DNA from: Wallemia ichthyophaga EXF-994
Lineage: Eukaryota; Fungi; Basidiomycota
Assembly: GCF_000400465.1 (NCBI RefSeq)
Contig: NW_008806287.1
Span: 270,001 to 302,000, forward strand
DNA length: 32,000 nucleotides
Reading direction: 5' to 3'
In this document: positions 19,919-32,000 of the stretch, piece after piece
How the letters are laid out: every line of letters begins with the position of its first letter
Numbering within the stretch: the stretch's first letter is position 1
Made by a program: the position numbers and the translations under genes
Notes under the pieces: model-generated
Seen by the model: only the letters and a program-made list of their open reading frames with translations
Databases searched by the model: none
What the model was told of the DNA's origin: nothing

Positions 19919-22227
19919 ATGTCATCACCGGCTGCTGAGAAAGGCTATCAGTTGCAACGAGATAAAGAGGAAATAAAAGGCAGTGATCCGTTGCAGCCAG
20001 ATTTTGTGGTGGAGAAGGCCGACGACGACTACACTCACAACGATGAAGACGAAAACACCAATGCAGACGCCAATGCACACGCCAACCCAGACGCAGCTCC
20101 ACCTTCCTTTGAGCCATTTATTAATGCTCTCCTAGAGCCAGCTTCACAAATCCTGACTGAGCTTCACGAGCGAATTGGAAACGATGCCAACTGCACACCC
20201 CAGGATCTCCACGAAGCACGCTTGCATATTGAAGCACTCACACAGAAACTTGTAGATGAGGCCCGTTCTGCTGCCAAGGACGTCGTCGGGAGGCGGCAGC
20301 GCGACGCGGCAGACTTAGCCAAAGAATGCGATGGCCTTATATCTGAAGTTGATGAGTTGCGTCTTGCACTGGGTGAGGAGGGCAAGCGCACTACAAAATT
20401 CAGATTAAGTGGTGGTACAGAATCTTTACTCGCCAGGCGCGACAGAGTGAAGAGAGAATACGACGGATATATAGCTACATACGAACAGCGCAGCCACAAG
20501 CTTAACAACCTCACTAATCGCTTGAAGAAGCTGCAGGATATTCTCGGTGATACTCTCGTTACTCTACCTCCAGACAGCGGCAAGTACAATGATGTGACTT
20601 TGTTCAGTCTCCGGAGTATAGAAATGAATTTAACACGTGCAGAAACTGAACTCAATCGTCGGCGAGAAGTGCTTAAAGGTACACTCGTCGAACTGACGAA
20701 TAGTCTCATTGAAATAGTCGAGCCGCTCCCCCAACCCACCCAAAGTGAGGACATGTCGATATGCAAATTTCAAGACACGTTCTATCCCCAAATACCAAAG
20801 CTGCTGGAGCTGGAGGACGAGAACATACTCGACACCGTCCTTGAACTGCTCACACCCACTGATGCGCTTCTCGCACATACTGAAACACTTATGGAAGAGT
20901 ACGAGCAGGAGAAGCTGCGACGCGAGAATGAAATCCAAGTACTCTATGACGAACTCAGTCCACTCTGGGACAAGCTCGACATCAGCGAGGATGATAGAGA
21001 AGCGTTCATCAATGCGAATATGGGAAGCACACTCAGTGTCATTGAAGCATACCACGACGAGCTCAACAGAATGCTCGAATTGAAGAGGGAGAATATGGCA
21101 CTCTTTGTGCAGCGAATTAGAATTGACATTGAGAAGTTATGGGATTTTATTCAAATTGGAACAAATGAGAGAGCACACTTTACAGCTTTCACGGATGGTG
21201 TGTGGAGGACTTCCTAGGCAAATAAAGCTAACACCACTTTTAGACTCATTCAACGACGAATGTCTAGCCCAACATGAGGAGATGCTGTCAACACTGCAAG
21301 AGGAGAAGAATACAAAAGGACGGATACTTACTAAAGTGCATCTTTACCATCAAGTGGTATCTGAGGAGAAGCAGTTGGAGGTAGGGTTGTTTATACCACT
21401 CGCTAACCCGCTCACCCCACTCCAAGGAAAGCGCGAGTGACGTTTCTCGTCTGTTAGGCAGAGGACCGCGCGACCCCGGGCGCCTGATCCGCGAAGAGAA
21501 AATGCGCAAGCGCGTGGCGAAGAAGCCAGTGATAGAAAGTGATCTCCTCGAAATGCTGGATGGGTGGGAGAGCGAGAATGGAAGGCTGTTTCTCATCAAC
21601 GACGAACACTTTGCACAAACACTGCGCGACCGTGTCGAGAGTGTGGCGCAGGAGAAGGAGAATAGACGTCGGGGTGGTAAACCGACAGTAGGAGCAGGAA
21701 CAGGAGCAGGACCAACTACAGGCGTGGTTCGCAAGGCATCCAATAGCTCACTGAATGCATCAACTGCATCCGCAGGGTCAAATGCACCAAACGGCAACGG
21801 AAAACGCAGGGTAGTGACGAATGAGAGCACGACACCTGCACCATCAGCTAAGCGGATGCGCGTCAACTCCAACGAAAGCAACAAAGGAGTGGTTAATAGC
21901 ATAACTAAGAGCACGCACTCGCATAATTCAGCCATCAAGCCCAAGACCAAGGTGGTACATAAGGCAGCACCGCCACGGTATCCATATGCGTTATCATCGG
22001 TGGCAGAGTCGCCAGCTGCCGGACAGGATATATTTGGGAAACCGGAACCACGGCCCAAGATGAAAATGGGAAGCAGCGCGATGAAGAATGCAGCGAATGC
22101 AGCTAAAAAGAAAGCAAGAAGAAGCTCATTTAAACCTGAGCAGCGCGTGGCTAGCGTGTCGAGTGCGATTGACCACCAGTATGCGGAATTGGAGGCAATC
22201 GCCGCGGGAGAAGAGGAAGACTGGTAA
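19919..22227 (+). CDS. ASE1: Microtubule bundler Ase1/PRC1/MAP65; introns 21198-21243 and 21381-21426
   Basis: Long helical region with EIQVLYDELSPLWDKL, HDELNRMLELKRENMALFVQRIRIDIEKLWD, and spliced RLLGRGPRDPGRLIREEKMRKR...LEMLDGWESENGRLFLINDE, followed by a basic disordered tail. Confidence 0.9.
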
Positions 22228-22483
22228 AGGATTGATTGTAATATTCGAAATTGTTGTAATAACTGCTAATATTGTACTAGATTTTATGTTTATTAAGGTA
22301 GCCACAGTTGGTAAGCGAAGATGGGGAATTGAGAGATGGCCACAGATAGCCAGTGATAGCCAGTGAGATGACCACACAGCCAAATATCTACTCCCACGCT
22401 TCCCCCACCTACAAACCCTCCAGAGATGGTCGTTGAGCTCCTTGATCCACTAACGCCATCACGTTGGCGACAAAAATTAATAA

Positions 22484-28241
<5,758 letters not shown>

Positions 28242-28424
28242 GTGGGAGGCAGAAGAGGGGAGAAGAAAGAGAAAGACGATAAAAGAGAAAGATATTGTAA
28301 ATTTCTATTTATGTGTAAAGTGTAAAGTGTAAAGCGTGCTGCGCGTTTGCATGTGTATCGTGAGAGTAGATTACAGTGTTATAGAGTATTTTAATGCAAA
28401 GGGTAGTTGATATAATATTCGAAT

Positions 28425-28697
28425 TTAGCATTTCCGTGCGAGCTGTGGAGTGTGGGGTTAGACAGGAAGCTGGGACAAGGCACGACAAACCTCCTGCTGA
28501 GTTAGATTGAGTGAAAATTGCTGTGGCTGATTGTTGGATACGATATCGAAACCCTTTCTACGTGGTGGCTGGGTGTGCTGCTTGTATGCATTAAGAAATG
28601 GGTTCAGCTTGGTTGACTTTGGAAGAAGACCACGACGAGGGAGCTGTGGGAGCTGTGGGAGTTGCTCTGAGTGGCAGTGGCTGGCTGTGGAGTTCAT
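28425..28697 (-). CDS. Putative orphan small protein (74 aa), one intron 28490-28443
   Basis: ATG 28697. A 48-nt phase-0 intron GTTTGT...CTAAC...CACAG matches local intron size; final exon LARKC then TAA at 28427-28425. No family recognised. Confidence 0.5.
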
Positions 28698-28810
28698 ATT
28701 TATGTTATCTTGATCGTCGTGGAAATGTGGGGAATTAATTTAATTATGTCGACATATTCTCGTTGGGGATACGCAACCCAACGAAACGGTAAGATTGCAC
28801 GAGAACACAA

Positions 28811-29105
28811 ATGAATTACAAAAGCGGAATGAAGAGAATTTTAAAGATAAACGGCCCAAATGATTTTAAGAAGGTGCTCCTGGTCTGTGAAAGTGCTCTC
28901 CATATACCAACCAACTCACTTCCCACAGAGACCACATATTACACAACACAGCCACCAGCAATCCCCAGACACAGCTAGCAATGAAATATACAAGCTACGT
29001 ACCCGACTAGATGACATCTCCGCTAAGCTGGTCGAATTGAAGGTTATTCCATCTCTTTGTGTTGTGATACACTCTAACGCGCCATAGACAGGTGGCATTA
29101 ACTGA
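28811..29105 (+). CDS. Putative orphan small protein (about 64 aa) with short coiled coil; introns 28874-28928 and 29043-29087
   Basis: Two phase-0 candidate introns of 55 and 45 nt (the second with CTAAC branch point) join MNYKSG...FKK|RPH...EIYKLRTRLDDISAKLVELK|TGGIN-stop. Donors GTGCTC and GTTATT are weak. Confidence 0.4.
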
Positions 29106-29234
29106 TTGTGTATTTGAGTATTTGTTTATTTTCATTTGTATTCATCTCTGTTCATCTCCTATCTCCCACCTTACATCTCCCACACCGCTTACCGCCACTC
29201 TCCCGCTCACCACGATCATCCTATTTGATACCCA

Positions 29235-32000
29235 ATGGAAACGACTAATTCGCCTGATAATCCCAGTCTATCATTCTTGAATGCCTCAACGACGCTACTA
29301 CCGCACAGATTCGCTCAATCCGTCACGGCGATATCGCTATCAACCAAATTCAGCCTACGCACCGCAGCATTCCTAATAGATTTATTCCTGCACGGCTTTA
29401 GAAGCACGACGACGAGCTCTATCGATATCGCACGCAGAGCAACCATCTCCGCCATCAATTCCGCCCTCCGAACTTACGATCCAACTACCGGTGACATAGA
29501 TCTCGAGCATCTGTCACTCTCAACAGGCTTAGCTGCCTTAGGCATATCTTGCACGTCCTCCTCTAACCCTGATCAAGTCCACAGGAAGCTCCTAGAAGGC
29601 TACACTGGCTTGGGTGCGTTGTCTCGCTCTTATTACAATGTCTCACCTCCATTAGGCGTTTATCTCGTTCACCACTCTTTCACTCTCGCTGAGCTTTTCG
29701 CCCACGCTGGCTTCTACCTCACCCAGAAAACTCTAAAGACTTCCTTCTCCCTCGCCGAAGAAAGCGTTTCAGTTTTTGATGGCATCTTCGGCTCCAACGA
29801 GACTAGCCGCGCTTTGTCTGCCATTATCAGCTTCATGGGAAAGCAGAACGAGGCTCCGAAGCATATGTCCTACTTGAGCTGGATCGTCGCTCTCACAAAG
29901 GCCTTCACTGCGTTTGCTTGTCTCCAGAGCGCAACACAGAAGCGGATTCTCGAAAGCCAGAACATGAAAGTCGTGTGGGATTGCGTTGTGGTCAATAGAT
30001 CCTTCAGCGAGGTTAACTCTAAGAAGAAAAAGTCAATCGGCGATACACTCGCTAGTTTAGCCACCATGCTTGAGTCTTATAGATACAAGAACTTGTCCAG
30101 GAATTCTTCTGCTGCCTCTCCAGGCGACCGGTCGCCTGGAGAGCATCAACGTGAGCACGCACATCCACATGGAAAAAGCATGCATCACTCCATCTTGAAG
30201 AAGAAGAGTGGTAATCTCTTCTCGTCGCGTGAGGCGACGACTTCCACTGAATACCGCACGCGCAACCTCTCCCCCGATGAGCGCAACCAACTTATCAAAA
30301 CCCTCACTGATCTGCTTGGAGAAGATGCGCACATTGATACACAGGAAACTAACGCATCTCAAGACACACATGCCCCTTGCGAGTGTGCGGAAAGTGACGA
30401 AATGATTAAGAAGACCATCTGGGAAATGATCACTGAGAATGAGGAGCAGATAGTCACAACAGAAATGCGCAGCGAGCTGGCACAGGCACAGGAACACGAG
30501 CAGATGCAGACACAAACACAGCAGCCACAGTCACTACACCCTCCCACGCCCCACTCCCACCAAACAAATACCATCCACTTTCCATCTATTTCGACCTTCT
30601 CCAAATCAGCACCCCAGACGCCTTACCAAGAAGATATGGATACAGACGACGGGCGCAGGGAGAGAGAAACTATGTCGTACTTCCCACACTACTCTAACTC
30701 GACCAGCTGCCTACCCGGACTCAGCACTGAAAGCCAGGAGTATTCCGTAGCGAGTGAGTCGTACGCAGATACGCTTAGCCACCCTGGTGAAAGCAGACAG
30801 CGTCTCCAGAATGTGCTGCGTACAGTCACCACGCGTCTTACGCAGAAACACGTCGCGCGCAAGATTGAAATAAGCGGCAGGAAGAGAAGCGGGAGTGGGA
30901 GTGCTGTTATCAATCGCAAAACATCCACACCGGAAATAAGTATGATGAGAATGACGAGCTCGGATAAAGGCGAGGGTAAGAAGAAAATGACGCTCCCACA
31001 TACCCGCACAAAGTCTATCAGCACACACACACATCCTAATCAATTATTACAGGGAGCGGAGAGTTTGTCGCTAGGTATTACAGACGGTCTCGCGCGGAAT
31101 GGTTTTTCACAGAATGACCAGCCCCAAAATATACCATCGCCTCATACACCTAAACATAATATACCCCCACCCAGTACGCCTACACAGAAAATCCTCGCAC
31201 CCCACACAACATCTCCCCAGAAATCACCAGACGCACCACAAGCACCGCCGTCGTCGCCCGTGTGTGCACACACGCGTGGAAGCACCAATTTGAGCCCATC
31301 TGCTACAAATCTATCAACACTACCACCGTCAGCCATACCGCCGACGCCAACACCACCAAAAGACGCTGTCGAATCGACCTCGGAAGGTGTTTACTGGCCG
31401 CGCGAGCATATTATCAAGAACATCCACCGCTTTATGCGCTACTCCTCGGCAGCGTACGGCAAGTCATTTATGCGTATTCTTGGTATCGGCGGGGATGCGA
31501 CAGCGGACCACACAGACACGTCTGCGCACCAGCAACACATCAACCACCACGCATTTGCATACCACAATAACATACCTATCGACGCAATTCTTCTATCGTC
31601 TTACACTAATCCCTATGATAATTTCAAGAAGGACAGCGGGAAGATCTACCCGCTGGTGCACTACATAGCGATTGACCACAGTGCGCAGTCGATTATCCTC
31701 ACCTGTCGCGGCACGCTAGGGTTCCAGGACATACTAGTTGATCTAACGTGCAACTATGCGCATCTGGACTTAGATGCAGGATCTTATGACAAAGACGGCT
31801 ACTATGCGATACACGAGGGAATGTTAAGCAGTGCTTATCGACTAGCACACTCTCATACGGTGCTCTCTACAATTCGTAGGGCGCTACTCGAGTATCCCCG
31901 CTATGGGTTGGTGCTCTGCGGACACAGTCTAGGCGGTGGAGCTGCAGCTGCGCTAGCTTTGCTATGGGGCACGCGATCGGATGTGTTCGCAACGCAGGCA
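29235..32000 (+). CDS. Large class-3 lipase-domain protein (alpha/beta hydrolase), truncated by the window end
   Basis: ATG 29235 and the lipase motifs near the end share one frame: HRFMRYSSAAYGKSFMRILG, HYIAIDHSAQSIILTCRGTLGFQDILVDL, HEGM and the nucleophile elbow GHSLGGG at 31920-31940. The ORF track lists no closed ORF in this frame, consistent with no stop in about 922 codons; not every codon was checked by hand. Confidence 0.88.
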   Translation, partial: METTNSPDNPSLSFLNASTTLLPHRFAQSVTAISLSTKFSLRTAAFLIDLFLHGFRSTTTSSIDIARRATISAINSALRTYDPTTGDIDLEHLSLSTGLAALGISCTSSSNPDQVHRKLLEGYTGLGALSRSYYNVSPPLGVYLVHHSFTLAELFAHAGFYLTQKTLKTSFSLAEESVSVFDGIFGSNETSRALSAIISFMGKQNEAPKHMSYLSWIVALTKAFTAFACLQSATQKRILESQNMKVVWDCVVVNRSFSEVNSKKKKSIGDTLASLATMLESYRYKNLSRNSSAASPGDRSPGEHQREHAHPHGKSMHHSILKKKSGNLFSSREATTSTEYRTRNLSPDERNQLIKTLTDLLGEDAHIDTQETNASQDTHAPCECAESDEMIKKTIWEMITENEEQIVTTEMRSELAQAQEHEQMQTQTQQPQSLHPPTPHSHQTNTIHFPSISTFSKSAPQTPYQEDMDTDDGRRERETMSYFPHYSNSTSCLPGLSTESQEYSVASESYADTLSHPGESRQRLQNVLRTVTTRLTQKHVARKIEISGRKRSGSGSAVINRKTSTPEISMMRMTSSDKGEGKKKMTLPHTRTKSISTHTHPNQLLQGAESLSLGITDGLARNGFSQNDQPQNIPSPHTPKHNIPPPSTPTQKILAPHTTSPQKSPDAPQAPPSSPVCAHTRGSTNLSPSATNLSTLPPSAIPPTPTPPKDAVESTSEGVYWPREHIIKNIHRFMRYSSAAYGKSFMRILGIGGDATADHTDTSAHQQHINHHAFAYHNNIPIDAILLSSYTNPYDNFKKDSGKIYPLVHYIAIDHSAQSIILTCRGTLGFQDILVDLTCNYAHLDLDAGSYDKDGYYAIHEGMLSSAYRLAHSHTVLSTIRRALLEYPRYGLVLCGHSLGGGAAAALALLWGTRSDVFATQA

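Noticed and set aside
22345-22368. Tandem GATAGCCAGT x2 upstream of RPB1, and small repeats in RPB1 intron 22776-22833
   Set aside because: Only two copies, consistent with local slippage, with no functional evidence.

Overview
A 32 kb stretch of a very compact fungal nuclear genome, read as basidiomycete and most consistent with a Wallemia-like organism (inference from gene content, 44-62 nt GT-AG introns, short intergenic spacers and an MP88-type protein). It holds about 14 protein genes or gene remnants: Mim1/Tom13 domain (5' open), Hda1/Clr3-type HDAC (13 introns), DHA2-type MFS transporter, a decayed SDR pseudogene, PhyH-family Fe(II)/2OG dioxygenase, GLE1, a Zn2Cys6 factor, a CFIm68/CPSF6-like RRM protein, Rad17/Rad24, a secreted MP88-like/ricin-B protein, prenylcysteine oxidase, Ase1/PRC1, RPB1 and a class-3 lipase-domain gene running off the 3' end. 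Two spliced orphan small ORFs are also proposed. I found no RNA genes, transposons or CRISPR arrays. Most unusual: (1) the RPB1 CTD has no YSPTSPS and is cut by three introns that all split the Tyr1 codon, so the internal exons are exactly 4 and 2 heptads; (2) GLE1 and the Zn2Cys6 gene sit head-to-head with ATGs 28 bp apart inside a 10-bp inverted repeat; (3) an AT-rich island of about 1.4 kb covers the 5' coding halves of both genes. All gene models were spliced by hand and no database search was run.
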